Below, piece by piece: positions 19,888-30,363 of a stretch of DNA of 58,605 bases. The notes beneath the pieces are model-generated. The model saw nothing but the letters and a program-made list of their open reading frames with translations. It searched no databases and was not told the origin of the DNA. Source of the DNA: Candidatus Pacearchaeota archaeon (GTDB taxonomy: Archaea; Nanobdellota; Nanobdellia; Pacearchaeales; UBA284); the NCBI GenBank assembly GCA_049699715.1, contig JBNAVB010000003.1, forward strand, positions 1-58,605. Reading direction: 5' to 3'. Both the position numbers and the translations under genes were made by a program. Positions within the stretch are counted from its first letter, which is position 1; each line of letters begins with the position of its first letter.

Positions 19888-20489
19888 AGCACGCAGCATT
19901 AGAGGTATGGAGGCAAATGTTTCATCTGCTATTCGGGATTCTCATAATAATGTTTATCCTGTTCACAGAGCATGATATTGTTCTAATAACCTTATTCCTA
20001 TTGTTTTTATTGAGCGTTTTATTTTCTATCATTGCCACAAAAACAAAAGTTCCAATAATCCGTTTTCTTCTGGAAAAATTTGGCCGAGATACAGAAATCA
20101 AGACATTTCCTGGCAAAGGTATAATCTTTTTTATAGCGGGCTGCCTCTTGACATTTAAACTGTTCCAGCAAGACATTGCTTTAGCATCAATTGCAGTTCT
20201 GACGTTTGGCGATGCCATCTCAACTCTTGCAGGATTTTTCGGCCAAAAATACAAGAAAAAGCCATTCAGCAAATTCAAAACATTGTATGGCACTATGATC
20301 GGAACAGTTGTATCGTTTTTAGTCGCATTGATCTTCATCGAGCCGCTTTATGCAGCTACAGCGGCGATTTTTGGGATGTTCATAGAAGCATTAGCAATAA
20401 AATTAGGAGAAACAGAAGCTGATGATAATCTAATTGTCCCTCTCGCTTCAGGCACCGCATGTTATTTATTAAGGTTTGTTTTAGGCTAA
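19884..20489 (+). CDS. Dolichol/phytol kinase-like (SEC59/DGK1) membrane protein
   Basis: RQMFH, FGDAIS, KTLYG, DDNLIVP. Confidence 0.85.
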   Translation: MKHAALEVWRQMFHLLFGILIIMFILFTEHDIVLITLFLLFLLSVLFSIIATKTKVPIIRFLLEKFGRDTEIKTFPGKGIIFFIAGCLLTFKLFQQDIALASIAVLTFGDAISTLAGFFGQKYKKKPFSKFKTLYGTMIGTVVSFLVALIFIEPLYAATAAIFGMFIEALAIKLGETEADDNLIVPLASGTACYLLRFVLG

Positions 20490-20551
20490 AATAAGATTAA
20501 TAAACTATAAAATAAATATATAAAAATAAAAGGGGTAGTAAGAGATATAGG

Positions 20552-21157
20552 ATGACAACATTCGTAGAGATTTTGAACCAGTTTGCTATAGGGTTTAGTA
20601 TAATTTTTGAAAGAGCCGTTGAAATTCTAAAGCAGCCTGCCTTAAACAAAGATATGCTATGGATTCTGCTCCCATCTATAGTCACCCTTTTCCTGATGGA
20701 GCTCTATTTCGGCCGCTACAAAGAGGAAGAGTTGGGATGGAACAGCGCAGTGAGTAATGCTCTTGTCCTATTTTTTGTGGGCATGAATCTTGCTTCATGG
20801 CTATATTCCCACCAATTATTAATTGGATTTTTCAGCGTTGAAGAGACTATATTCATGAATGCGCTGATAAAGACGCTCATCGCAATTTTTGTTCTTGTAG
20901 AGAGCGCACTGCTGCTTTTTTTGAATTTCTTCCACCTCGTAAAGAAGAAATTTGCATTCGGCATTTCATCAACCCTTATCATCAATTTTATAGGAGTAAT
21001 CAGCATTATCCTAGTTTATTCCGAAGTTCCTTTGGATGCCTTGACTTTCCCCGCGGTATTGATGACATTCATAGCACTCGTTATTTTTTTCAGGTTTATT
21101 AAATTATTAGAACCAACAATTACAAAAAAACAAGAAATGGGGGAAGAACTTGGATAA
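20552..21157 (+). CDS. Hypothetical membrane protein
   Basis: About 5 TM helices, ELYFGRYKEEELGWNSA. Confidence 0.75.
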   Translation: MTTFVEILNQFAIGFSIIFERAVEILKQPALNKDMLWILLPSIVTLFLMELYFGRYKEEELGWNSAVSNALVLFFVGMNLASWLYSHQLLIGFFSVEETIFMNALIKTLIAIFVLVESALLLFLNFFHLVKKKFAFGISSTLIINFIGVISIILVYSEVPLDALTFPAVLMTFIALVIFFRFIKLLEPTITKKQEMGEELG

Positions 21158-21275
21158 GAACCCGAGGAAGTTACAGCAAAATATAAAAAAATAGTTAAAA
21201 GAGAAAAATAAGAGGAAAGAACACCATGGAAAGAAATAAGAATAAATTTAAATAAACTTCATTCTTAAGGAAATC

Positions 21276-22763
21276 ATGAGAAAAAAAGAGTTCGGCGCAA
21301 TAGAAAAACTCGACAAGATTACAGCTATAGCATTCAAGCGGGGATTTTTCTGGCCTACGGCCGAAATTTATGGTGGCAAAGCTGGCTTCTATAGTTATGG
21401 ACATTTAGGCAAATCAATGAAATCAAAGTTTGAGGGAGTATGGAGACAGCATTTTCTCGGAGAGAACTGTTACGAAATCCAAGGATCTGCGATTCTGCCA
21501 GAACAAGTTTTCATAGCTTCAGGACACTTGGAAAATTTTAATGACCCGCTTGTTGAATGCAAGACTTGCCATTTTCGTTTTCACGCAGATCAGTTCTTAG
21601 AAGATAACGGAATAAATACAGAAGACTTAAGCATAGAAGAAATGTCAAAGCTCATCGCAGAAAAACAGCTCAAGTGCCCGAAATGCAATTCGTGGCATTT
21701 AAGCTCAGCAAAATGGTTCAACATGATGTTTCCAGTTACTCTGGGGGCTACAGGAGTAAAAGACATCGCTTATCTTACGCCAGAAACTGCTCAAGCCTCT
21801 TATCTTGCATTCAAGCGTGAGTTCGAAGCTACGCGCAAGAAACTTCCTTTAGGAATAGCCATTATAGATAAAGCCTTCAGAAACGAAATTTCGCCAAGAC
21901 AACTTTTCTTCAGACTTCGAGAATTCACACAGGCAGAACTTCAGATTTTCTTTGATCCTCAGGAAATAGACAAAATAGAAGAAGAAAAGTGGAAGTCGGT
22001 TGCTAAATATAAGTTAATACTTTTACCACAAAAAAAAGAAAGTCAAGAGATAAGTTGTGAGGATGCAAACAAGAAACTCAAGATTCCCAAGTTCTATATT
22101 TACCACATGGCTCTCGTTCAGCAATTCTATCTAGACAAACTCAGTATCCCTAAATCAAAGTTCCGCTTCCGAGAGCTTGGAGAACAAGAAAGGGCCTTCT
22201 ACAACAAGATTCATTGGGACATCGAGCTAGATCTTGAGACTTTAGGAGGTTTCAAAGAAGTTGCAGGAATACACTATAGGACAGACCATGACTTGGCGGG
22301 CCACGAGAAGCGCAGCAAAGAAAACTTAAAAGTGTTTTATAATGGCAGAAGCTTCTTACCCCACGTTCTTGAACTTAGTTTCGGTGTTGATAGAAACCTT
22401 TGGGCCTTGCTCGATATTTTTTACAAAGAAGAAAAGGAAAACGATCGAACAATTTTTACTTTTGCTGAAACCATCGCTCCAATTGACGTGGCTATATTCC
22501 CCCTAGTTTCAAGAGAAGGAATGCCAAAGAAGGCTTTAGAAGTCTATAACATGCTAAAAAAAGAAACTTCATTATCTTGTTTCTACGATGAAGTTGATTC
22601 TATAGGCCGACGTTACAGAAGACAAGATGAAATTGGCACACCATATTGCATTACAATTGATTCACAAACAATAAAAGACGACACTGTAACTATAAGAGAG
22701 CGCGACAACATGAAACAAAAAAGAGTCAAGATCGATAAGCTGAAAGAAGAATTATCAAAATGA
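21276..22763 (+). CDS. glyS: Glycine--tRNA ligase (alpha2 type)
   Basis: ASGHLENFNDP, PETAQ, FRNEISPRQ..FRLREFTQAE, SIGRRYRRQDEIGTP. Confidence 0.97.
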   Translation: MRKKEFGAIEKLDKITAIAFKRGFFWPTAEIYGGKAGFYSYGHLGKSMKSKFEGVWRQHFLGENCYEIQGSAILPEQVFIASGHLENFNDPLVECKTCHFRFHADQFLEDNGINTEDLSIEEMSKLIAEKQLKCPKCNSWHLSSAKWFNMMFPVTLGATGVKDIAYLTPETAQASYLAFKREFEATRKKLPLGIAIIDKAFRNEISPRQLFFRLREFTQAELQIFFDPQEIDKIEEEKWKSVAKYKLILLPQKKESQEISCEDANKKLKIPKFYIYHMALVQQFYLDKLSIPKSKFRFRELGEQERAFYNKIHWDIELDLETLGGFKEVAGIHYRTDHDLAGHEKRSKENLKVFYNGRSFLPHVLELSFGVDRNLWALLDIFYKEEKENDRTIFTFAETIAPIDVAIFPLVSREGMPKKALEVYNMLKKETSLSCFYDEVDSIGRRYRRQDEIGTPYCITIDSQTIKDDTVTIRERDNMKQKRVKIDKLKEELSK

Positions 22764-23278
22764 TGTTTCGAACCCACATTCTTTTCGCATTATTCTTTTA
22801 CATTCTTGCAATCAATCTTTTCTTGTTAAACTTCTCAATTCTTTTCACAGTTATTCTTGCGTTCGGCGCAATCTTGCCAGACATTGACTCGCCTTCAAGT
22901 TTTGTTAATAGAAAATATTTATTCGGAATCGGCAAGGGCGTCTCATTGTTTTCGGAGCATCGTGGTTTTTTTCACAGCATTTTCGGCGCCTTGATATTTT
23001 TTGCAATGGCTTTAGTTGTTGTTTTCTTTCTGAAAGCTTCATTTGTTTTTGCAATTGCTCTTGCTTTAGGTTACCTATCGCATCTAGCAGCAGATTCCTT
23101 AAATGTCTCTGGTATAAAATGGTTCTGGAAATCTGGCCATGTCAAAGGCCCGATAAGGACAGCGAGCTTTTTTGAACAATTGTTTTTTGTTGCTCTTCTT
23201 GCATTAACTATTTATCTTATAATAGGAAACCAAGGTTTCCAAAGCATTACAGCATTTGTTTCAAAGACAAAACCTTAA
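22760..23278 (+). CDS. Membrane-bound metal-dependent hydrolase (YdjM-like)
   Basis: TH, LPDID, HRGFFHS, GYLSHLAAD. Confidence 0.88.
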   Translation: MMFRTHILFALFFYILAINLFLLNFSILFTVILAFGAILPDIDSPSSFVNRKYLFGIGKGVSLFSEHRGFFHSIFGALIFFAMALVVVFFLKASFVFAIALALGYLSHLAADSLNVSGIKWFWKSGHVKGPIRTASFFEQLFFVALLALTIYLIIGNQGFQSITAFVSKTKP

Positions 23279-23318
23279 ATTTAAATATTCTTTTTGATAA
23301 TTTTGTTGAGGTATGAGA

Positions 23319-23389
23319 GGGCCTGTCGTATAAAGGCATTATACCCGCCTGGCTTGCGGGAGATTCGGGTTCGATTCCCGACAGGTCCA
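23319..23389 (+). tRNA. tRNA-Ala(GGC)
   Basis: GGGCCTG/CAGGTCC with G3:U70; anticodon arm CCCGC-CTGGCTT-GCGGG. Confidence 0.9.
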
Positions 23390-23517
23390 CTTTTAAAAAT
23401 TTTTCATATTAAACCGAAAAGAAGAGTTGTATTATTAAAAAGTTGTAAAAAAGTAAAGAAAAGATTATAAAGCCCTCACACTTAACAAATCTCTGTAGGG
23501 GCTCGATAAAACTTAAA

Positions 23518-24003
23518 ATGAAAATCGGAATTATAGGAGACACGCACGACAATGTTATGAATGTCAAGAAAGCGATTAATCTATTCAAGAGAAAAAAAGT
23601 GAATTTTGTTATACATACTGGCGATATAGTATCGCCGAAAACTGCAGCATTATTCAAGGGATTGAATCCAATCTTTGTTCAAGGAAACTGTGACGGCGAC
23701 GCCGAGAAACTGAAAGAAAAGATTTCTGAAATTGGTGGAAAGATGTTCTTGGGGGGCTTTGGCGAGATTGAGATAGGCGGAAAGAAGTTTGCGATAACCC
23801 ACAAGCCCACGGTTATAGAAACGATTCTTGGCGCGAAGTACGATTTTATAATTTATGGCCACACACATGAAAAAAAGATTGAAAAGATAGGCAAAGTTAT
23901 TCTAATAAACCCTGGAAGTCATTATCTTGGCGATCCAAAAAAAGAAAACTGCGTCGTCATAATAGACTTAGTCAAGAATCTTGTGGATATCATGAAAGTT
24001 TAA
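23518..24003 (+). CDS. Metallophosphoesterase (YfcE/MJ0936 family)
   Basis: GDTH, HTGD, GNCD, GHTH, NPGS. Confidence 0.92.
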   Translation: MKIGIIGDTHDNVMNVKKAINLFKRKKVNFVIHTGDIVSPKTAALFKGLNPIFVQGNCDGDAEKLKEKISEIGGKMFLGGFGEIEIGGKKFAITHKPTVIETILGAKYDFIIYGHTHEKKIEKIGKVILINPGSHYLGDPKKENCVVIIDLVKNLVDIMKV

Positions 24004-24015
24004 GGTAGGGATAAA

Positions 24016-24507
24016 ATGATTGAGCGGACTCTTGTTCTTATCAAACCTGATGGAGTTAAACGAGCGCTTATAGGAGAATGCATTACAAGATTTGAGAAAC
24101 GCGGTTTGAAGATAGTTGCAATGAAGATGAGATGGATTGATAAAGACTTCGCCATGAAGCATTATACCGAAGATATAACACGAAGAAGAGGCGAGAAAGT
24201 CAGAAACAAGCTCATTGATTTTATAATTTCTGGCCCTGTCGTGGCAATGGTCATAGAAGGGGTTCACGCTGTCGAGGCAGTAAGGAAGATCGTAGGCGAC
24301 ACAGAGCCTAGAAGCGCGATGCCCGGAACGATTCGGGGGGATTTCGCGCATGTAAGCTATAGTTATGCCGACGCTGCAAACAAAGCAATAGAAAATCTAA
24401 TACATGCTTCTTCGAGCATAGGAGAAGCAAAACAAGAGATTGCTTTATGGTTCAGCAGCGATGAAATCCACACTTATAAAACTTCTCACGAAACGCATGT
24501 TCTCTAG
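24016..24507 (+). CDS. ndk: Nucleoside diphosphate kinase
   Basis: ERTLVLIKPDGV, PGTIRGDF, NLIHAS. Confidence 0.97.
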   Translation: MIERTLVLIKPDGVKRALIGECITRFEKRGLKIVAMKMRWIDKDFAMKHYTEDITRRRGEKVRNKLIDFIISGPVVAMVIEGVHAVEAVRKIVGDTEPRSAMPGTIRGDFAHVSYSYADAANKAIENLIHASSSIGEAKQEIALWFSSDEIHTYKTSHETHVL

Positions 24508-24574
24508 TCCATTTTGATACTATAATCACTAAATCACAATAAAGTATAAAAAGAGGAAAAAACAAGTAATAAAG

Positions 24575-24700
24575 ATGAAAGAGAAAAAAGAGGGAAAAGA
24601 AAAAAAGGTGAAAGAAAACTTTCCAGAATTAGACGATTCCTTAAAAAGCAGGTACGAAGATAAGGAAACAATAGAGGCAATAAACCGCTACATTGGTTGA
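24575..24700 (+). CDS. Small hypothetical protein (41 aa)
   Basis: MKEKKEG...EAINRYIG*, TATA-like aaagtataaa about 25 nt upstream. Confidence 0.45.
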   Translation: MKEKKEGKEKKVKENFPELDDSLKSRYEDKETIEAINRYIG

Positions 24701-24728
24701 TTCTTTTATCATCTCGTAAAAAGATAAA

Positions 24729-25130
24729 ATGTCTCTAGATTGTATTTTTTGCAAGATCATCAAGGGCAAGCTCCCTTGCTATAAAGTTTATGAGGACAGC
24801 AAGTTTCTAGCATTTCTTGATGTCAATCCGCTTAACCCCGGACACACCCTGCTTGTACCAAAAAAACATGTTCAATTTGTTGATGAATATGAACCATTTT
24901 GTGATTACTGGAAGACTGCAAGAAAACTTTCAAAAGTCATAAAGAAATCCATGCGCTGTATTCTTGTTTCATATGTTGTTTATGGACTTGGCGTTCCTCA
25001 TGCCCACATCCATCTAATCCCTAAGTTCAAAAATGATGAACATCCTTTGGGCCCAGACCCTCATAAAGTCCAAAAAATCCCCAAAGAAGAGATGAGGAAA
25101 ATAGCTTCCAGAATAAAGAATTCTTTATAA
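24729..25130 (+). CDS. HIT family hydrolase
   Basis: CIFCKI, GHTLLVPK, HAHIHLIP. Confidence 0.95.
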   Translation: MSLDCIFCKIIKGKLPCYKVYEDSKFLAFLDVNPLNPGHTLLVPKKHVQFVDEYEPFCDYWKTARKLSKVIKKSMRCILVSYVVYGLGVPHAHIHLIPKFKNDEHPLGPDPHKVQKIPKEEMRKIASRIKNSL

Positions 25131-25152
25131 ATCTTCGAGCTTTTAAAAAAAC

Positions 25153-26679
25153 ATGGAATTATTGGCTAGGGAGTATCAGCTAAACATATTAGAAACCGCG
25201 AAAAAGCGCAATACTTTAGTTGTGCTGCCGACAGGTTTGGGAAAAACCCTCATCGCTTTGATGCTCGCAAAGGAAAGATTAGAGAAATTTCCGGAAAGCA
25301 AAGTAATTTTTCTCGCCCCGACCCGCCCATTGACAGAGCAGCATTATAACTATTTTAGGAAATATCTCACAGGCTTTGAACAGCATATTTTTACAGGAAA
25401 AATTAACCCCAAAAAACGCGCTGAGCTCTGGGAAAAAGCCAAAATAATATTTTCAACGCCACAATGCATTGAGAATGATCTGAAAAACGGGATGATATGT
25501 TTAAATAATAGCTCTTTATTGATTGAAGATGAGTGCCACAGGTGTTTGAAAAACTACAGTTATGTTTATGTCGCTCAGGAATATCTAAAAAATGCGAAGA
25601 ATCCGAGGATTTTAGGACTGACCGCTTCACCGGGCAGTGATGCTGCCGTGATAAGAGACATATGTAAGAATCTTGGCATCAATGCTGTTGAGATAAGAAC
25701 TCGAGAAAGCAAAGATGTCAAGCCCTATCTGCAAAAACTTGAACGAAATATAGTAAAAGTTGATTTGCCAAGCGAGATGAAAGAGATTCTTTCACTGTTA
25801 AAAATAATTTATGACAAAAAAGTTAATGAGTTACAGAACCGAAAGCTCTTGTTTGGCCGCGCGACCAAGACAAATATAATTGAGTTGCAGAAAAGACTAA
25901 TAAGAATGCTCTCGACAGGAAGCCATAATTTTAATGTGCTACGGGGCACGAGTGTCTGCGCGCAGGCAATCAAAGTGCAGCATGCTATGGAGATGTTAGA
26001 AACCCAAGGGGTAGAACCAAGTTATAACTATTTTAATGATATCTTTGAACAAGCTAACAAGTGCAAAAGCAAAGCCGTCAAACAGCTTGTTAACACGCCA
26101 GAATTTGGTGATGCATACACTCTTTTATTAAAACTCTTCCATAATAATATTGAGCATCCGAAATTCGCGAAACTAAAAGAAATCATGTCAGAAGAAATAA
26201 AAAACAAACCTGAGCTTAAGGCAATAATATTCTCACAATATCGCGATACTGTAAACAAAATAAGTGAAACTCTCAAGGCAATGGGCATCAAGGCGAAAAC
26301 ATTCATCGGACAGGCTAAAAGAAAGACAGATGGTTTAACACAAATTGAACAGCAGGCAATATTGCGCGAGTTTTCGCAAGGAAAAATCAACGCACTCGTC
26401 TCTACGAGCATCGGCGAGGAGGGCTTGGACTTGCCAGAAGTTGATTTAGTTGTGTTCTATGAGCCTATCCCTTCGGCAATAAGGAAGATACAGCGCGCTG
26501 GGCGAACTGCGCGTCTGAAACCAGGGAAATTGATAGTTCTCGTTACCAAAGGCACCAGAGATGAGAGCAATTACTGGGCCTCTCACTACAAGGAAAAAAG
26601 AATGTACTCTGAATTAAAGAACTTGCAAGAAAGCTTCAATAAAAAAGAGCTGTCTCAAAAAAAGTTGGATTCGTTTTGA
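25153..26679 (+). CDS. hef: Hef/FANCM-like SF2 helicase (no nuclease domain)
   Basis: PTGLGKT, DECH, TASPG, SIGEEGLD, QRAGRTAR. Confidence 0.9.
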   Translation: MELLAREYQLNILETAKKRNTLVVLPTGLGKTLIALMLAKERLEKFPESKVIFLAPTRPLTEQHYNYFRKYLTGFEQHIFTGKINPKKRAELWEKAKIIFSTPQCIENDLKNGMICLNNSSLLIEDECHRCLKNYSYVYVAQEYLKNAKNPRILGLTASPGSDAAVIRDICKNLGINAVEIRTRESKDVKPYLQKLERNIVKVDLPSEMKEILSLLKIIYDKKVNELQNRKLLFGRATKTNIIELQKRLIRMLSTGSHNFNVLRGTSVCAQAIKVQHAMEMLETQGVEPSYNYFNDIFEQANKCKSKAVKQLVNTPEFGDAYTLLLKLFHNNIEHPKFAKLKEIMSEEIKNKPELKAIIFSQYRDTVNKISETLKAMGIKAKTFIGQAKRKTDGLTQIEQQAILREFSQGKINALVSTSIGEEGLDLPEVDLVVFYEPIPSAIRKIQRAGRTARLKPGKLIVLVTKGTRDESNYWASHYKEKRMYSELKNLQESFNKKELSQKKLDSF

Positions 26680-26713
26680 AAAGGCTTTTAAATTGCCATT
26701 ACTTAAAATTTAT

Positions 26714-28837
26714 ATGAAAAAGGGCGAGAGCAAATCCACGAAACCAAAAATTATCCATTTTGTCAAGAAAAGAGATGGTTCCATAGTTTCTTTCAATCCG
26801 ATCAAAATTGAAAAGGCCATACTTAAAGCTATGAAAGCCCTAGATATGGCAAATGACAAGACTGCAAAGAGGTTTACACAGCAGGTCATAGACAATTTAA
26901 ACAAGAACATAAAGAAATTTGAAAATAATATCCCCTCGGTTGAGCAAATCCAAACAGTTGTTGAACAAGTTCTTGAAAAAAATTATGACCGCTTGTTTAA
27001 GGTTTATTCTTTATATAGAAGATCAAGAAATATAGCTAGAGAAATCCGCAAGTTCTTCGCAATTAAAGACGATTTGAAATTTAGCGCTAACGCGCTGAAG
27101 GTCCTTGAAGAGCGTTACTTGCTTAAGGACGACACCGGCAAAATCATTGAAACCCCGACAGAAATGTTTAGAAGAATCTCTAAAGTAATTGCGGCTGCTG
27201 ATGCAAAATACACAAAAAGTGCCGAACAAATCAGAAAAACTGAAACAGAATTCTTCGAGATGATGAGAAACCTCGAGTTCCTGCCAAACTCGCCGACTAT
27301 AATGAACGCCGGCACAAGCATAGGGCAGCTTAGCGCCTGTTTTGTGCTTCCCATAGAAGACAACCTTGAATCAATTTTTACTACTTTGAAGCATATGGCA
27401 CTTATCCAACAATCCGGCGGAGGTACTGGTTTCAGTTTCTCAAGATTAAGGCCTGCCGGAGATATGGTAAAAAGCACCAAAGGAGTAGCTTCCGGCCCCG
27501 TTAGCTTTATCAAAATCTATGATGCTGCGACTGATGTTATTAAGCAAGGTGGCAAACGAAGAGGGGCCAACATGGCCATCTTGCATGTAACGCATCCAGA
27601 CATACAAAAGTTCATAATAGCAAAGCAAGACTCAAGACAGCTTAGCAATTTTAATATCTCTGTTGCTGTGACAGATGAATTCATGAAGAGTGTACTGAGA
27701 AATAAACAATTCACTCTGATTAACCCTCGAAACAAGAAAGTCGAAGGCAAGATTAATGCAGCAAAGACATTTGATTTAATTTGCAATTCTGCCTGGAAAA
27801 CCGGAGACCCGGGGATAGTTTTTATAGACGAAATCAATAGAAAACAGCCAACACCATTATTAGGCAAGATAGAATCAACTAATCCTTGTGGGGAGGTTCC
27901 ATTGCTCGCTTACGAGTCTTGTAACCTTGGTTCGATTAACTTAAGTAAATTTATAGTTCATAATAAAATAGATTGGGGAAGGTTGCAGGAAACAGTGCAT
28001 CGGGCTGTTCATTTCTTAGATAATGTGATTGATGTTAATAAATACCCTCTGCCCGAGATAGAAGCAATGACCAAAGCCAATAGAAAGATTGGCCTGGGGG
28101 TGATGGGCTTTGCTGATTTGCTAATCAAGTTGAAGATTCCTTATAACTCCAACGAGGCTCTTGCACTAGCGCGGCGGATCATGAGCTTTATTACAAGGGA
28201 GGCGCGCATAGCATCGATGAATCTTGCCAAGGTTCGCGGGAGCTTCCCGAACTTCGATAAAAGTGTTTGGAAAGCCAAGGTTCCATGCCTAAGAAATGCA
28301 ACTTGTACTACAATTGCGCCGACTGGATCTATAAGTGTTATTGCTGGCTGTTCAAGTGGAATTGAACCTTTATTTGCAATAGCGTTTGTTCGTGAAATTA
28401 TGGAAAAAAAGAGATTTGTTGAAATAAACCATGACTTCCAGATGGAACTTATCAAAAAAGATCTTTACACAGATGATTTAATCAAAAAAATAGCTTCAAG
28501 AGGCTCTATACAAAAAACTCCATTACCAAAAGAAATGAAAAGAATTTATATAACTGCTTTAGACATTCCAGCAGAGTGGCATGTCAAAATGCAAGCAGCA
28601 TTCCAAGAATCAACAGATAATGCTGTAAGCAAAACTGTGAATCTACCAGAAAATGCAAAACCAGATGAAATTAAAAAGATTTTCATGCTTGCGTGGAAGC
28701 TAAAATGTAAGGGTATCACAGTTTACAGATATGGAAGCAAACCAGAACAAGTCTTGTATTTAGGAAAAGGCAAAAAATTTACAAAAGCCGAGCTTCATTA
28801 TTCCGGCGGTTCGGCATGTGCTGAATGTTCAATCTAA
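26714..28837 (+). CDS. nrdJ: Adenosylcobalamin-dependent (class II) ribonucleotide reductase with ATP cone
   Basis: ATP cone VKKRDG, PNSPT, SACF, TNPCGE, TIAPTG, C-terminal CAEC; next to cobalamin adenosyltransferase. Confidence 0.93.
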   Translation: MKKGESKSTKPKIIHFVKKRDGSIVSFNPIKIEKAILKAMKALDMANDKTAKRFTQQVIDNLNKNIKKFENNIPSVEQIQTVVEQVLEKNYDRLFKVYSLYRRSRNIAREIRKFFAIKDDLKFSANALKVLEERYLLKDDTGKIIETPTEMFRRISKVIAAADAKYTKSAEQIRKTETEFFEMMRNLEFLPNSPTIMNAGTSIGQLSACFVLPIEDNLESIFTTLKHMALIQQSGGGTGFSFSRLRPAGDMVKSTKGVASGPVSFIKIYDAATDVIKQGGKRRGANMAILHVTHPDIQKFIIAKQDSRQLSNFNISVAVTDEFMKSVLRNKQFTLINPRNKKVEGKINAAKTFDLICNSAWKTGDPGIVFIDEINRKQPTPLLGKIESTNPCGEVPLLAYESCNLGSINLSKFIVHNKIDWGRLQETVHRAVHFLDNVIDVNKYPLPEIEAMTKANRKIGLGVMGFADLLIKLKIPYNSNEALALARRIMSFITREARIASMNLAKVRGSFPNFDKSVWKAKVPCLRNATCTTIAPTGSISVIAGCSSGIEPLFAIAFVREIMEKKRFVEINHDFQMELIKKDLYTDDLIKKIASRGSIQKTPLPKEMKRIYITALDIPAEWHVKMQAAFQESTDNAVSKTVNLPENAKPDEIKKIFMLAWKLKCKGITVYRYGSKPEQVLYLGKGKKFTKAELHYSGGSACAECSI

Positions 28838-28881
28838 AAGTATAAATAACTCATTAATATGTTATTTAAGGAGGAAACAAA

Positions 28882-29394
28882 ATGTCAATTTATCTTTACA
28901 CTGGAGAAGGGGCAGGAAAGACAACTAACGCATTAGGCCTCGCGCTCCGAAGTCTTGGCCATAAACATAAAGTCATTATGATACAATACCTTAAAGGCAG
29001 GAAAGACATAGGCGAATACAAGTTTCAAAAATATCTAAAGAATCCAGACAATTACAAAGTCTATCAGTTCGGCCACTCCTCTTTCATTGACTTAAAAAAT
29101 CCTAACAAAAAAGATATTGAACTTGCAAAGAAAGGACTCGAGTTTATATTAAAAGTTGTAAAGCAAAAGCCCCATTTATTGATTCTTGACGAAATAAACC
29201 TTGCCGCAGCATTCGGCTTGATAAATGTTGATGAAGTCGTAAGAACACTCAGAAAAATCCCTAAAAGTACAGATGTAGTAATGACTGGAAGATATGCCCC
29301 TAGAAAATTCATTGATTTTGCAGATTATGTCAATGAAATTTCTATAGTAAAAATGCCCAAGAAGTTCGAGAACAAAAGGGGCATTCAATACTGA
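28882..29394 (+). CDS. cobO: Cob(I)alamin adenosyltransferase (CobA/CobO/BtuR)
   Basis: YTGEGAGKTT, QYLKG, LILDEI, TGR, RGIQY. Confidence 0.92.
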   Translation: MSIYLYTGEGAGKTTNALGLALRSLGHKHKVIMIQYLKGRKDIGEYKFQKYLKNPDNYKVYQFGHSSFIDLKNPNKKDIELAKKGLEFILKVVKQKPHLLILDEINLAAAFGLINVDEVVRTLRKIPKSTDVVMTGRYAPRKFIDFADYVNEISIVKMPKKFENKRGIQY

Positions 29395-29417
29395 AGCGGC
29401 TTATTATAAATGTTTTA

Positions 29418-29696
29418 TTATAACAAACTGAAGACCCCTTTCTGTGCAATTGCGAAAGCCGCGATTATCAGTATTATCGCATTAATGCTCAGAAATAGAG
29501 AAAGGAGCAGGATTACCATGACTGCTATATCTATAATACTTGCTACGCAGAAGGACAGTATGAAAGGTAGAGATTTTATTGCCAAGATTAAGATAAGCAG
29601 GATTACTAGCCAGCTCCAGATGTGGGCCTGCATCGCGAGAATAAACAATATCAGTGCAACAAACAAATCGAATGCGCCCATTATCTTGACTAGCAT
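29418..29696 (-). CDS. Small membrane protein
   Basis: 92 aa, almost entirely hydrophobic. Confidence 0.65.
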   Translation of the reverse strand: MLVKIMGAFDLFVALILFILAMQAHIWSWLVILLILILAIKSLPFILSFCVASIIDIAVMVILLLSLFLSINAIILIIAAFAIAQKGVFSLL

Positions 29697-29736
29697 AAAT
29701 CTTAAAAGCCTCTTTTGTTTTTAAACTTTAGTTAAA

Positions 29737-30363
29737 ATGATTATAGTGGATAAAAGAGAGAAAAATTCGCTTGTTTTGGCAGAGCTAATTGAAAGAAAAC
29801 ATGATATTAAACTTGAGCAGCTTCAAGTCGCTGACTATGTCATTGGCCAAGTTGCCGTTGAAAGAAAAACTCTAGCAGATTTTGTCTCAAGCATGCTGAA
29901 CAAAAGGCTTTTGCGGCAACTCGAAGAATTGAAGCAGTATCCAAAACCATTATTGATTATTGAAGGCATAGATGACCATCCATTATATGAATTCGGCAAG
30001 CTCAATCCAAATGCGATTAGGGGCATGATGCTCTCTATAATGTTAGAATTCAAAATACCGATTGTCCTCACAAAAAATTCAAAGGACACTGCAGAATTTT
30101 TGATTTTGATTGATAAAAGGCAAGGAAGGGAGGAAAAAGAAATCTCGCTCAAGGCGAAAAGGAAAGCTTTCAACCTCGCTCAGCAACAGCAATTCATTCT
30201 CGAAAGCTTCCCGGGCATTGGCCCAGCAACAGCCAAGTCACTCTTAAAAAAATTCAAAACAATCAAAGCAGTAATAAACGCAAAACCAGAACAACTGAAA
30301 GAAATTATTGGAAAAAAAGCAGAGATGATAAAAAAAATTATAGAAGCCAAGTATTTAGATTGA
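29737..30363 (+). CDS. ERCC4/XPF nuclease with HhH
   Basis: IIVDKRE, ADY, VERKT, PGIGP. Confidence 0.92.
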   Translation: MIIVDKREKNSLVLAELIERKHDIKLEQLQVADYVIGQVAVERKTLADFVSSMLNKRLLRQLEELKQYPKPLLIIEGIDDHPLYEFGKLNPNAIRGMMLSIMLEFKIPIVLTKNSKDTAEFLILIDKRQGREEKEISLKAKRKAFNLAQQQQFILESFPGIGPATAKSLLKKFKTIKAVINAKPEQLKEIIGKKAEMIKKIIEAKYLD

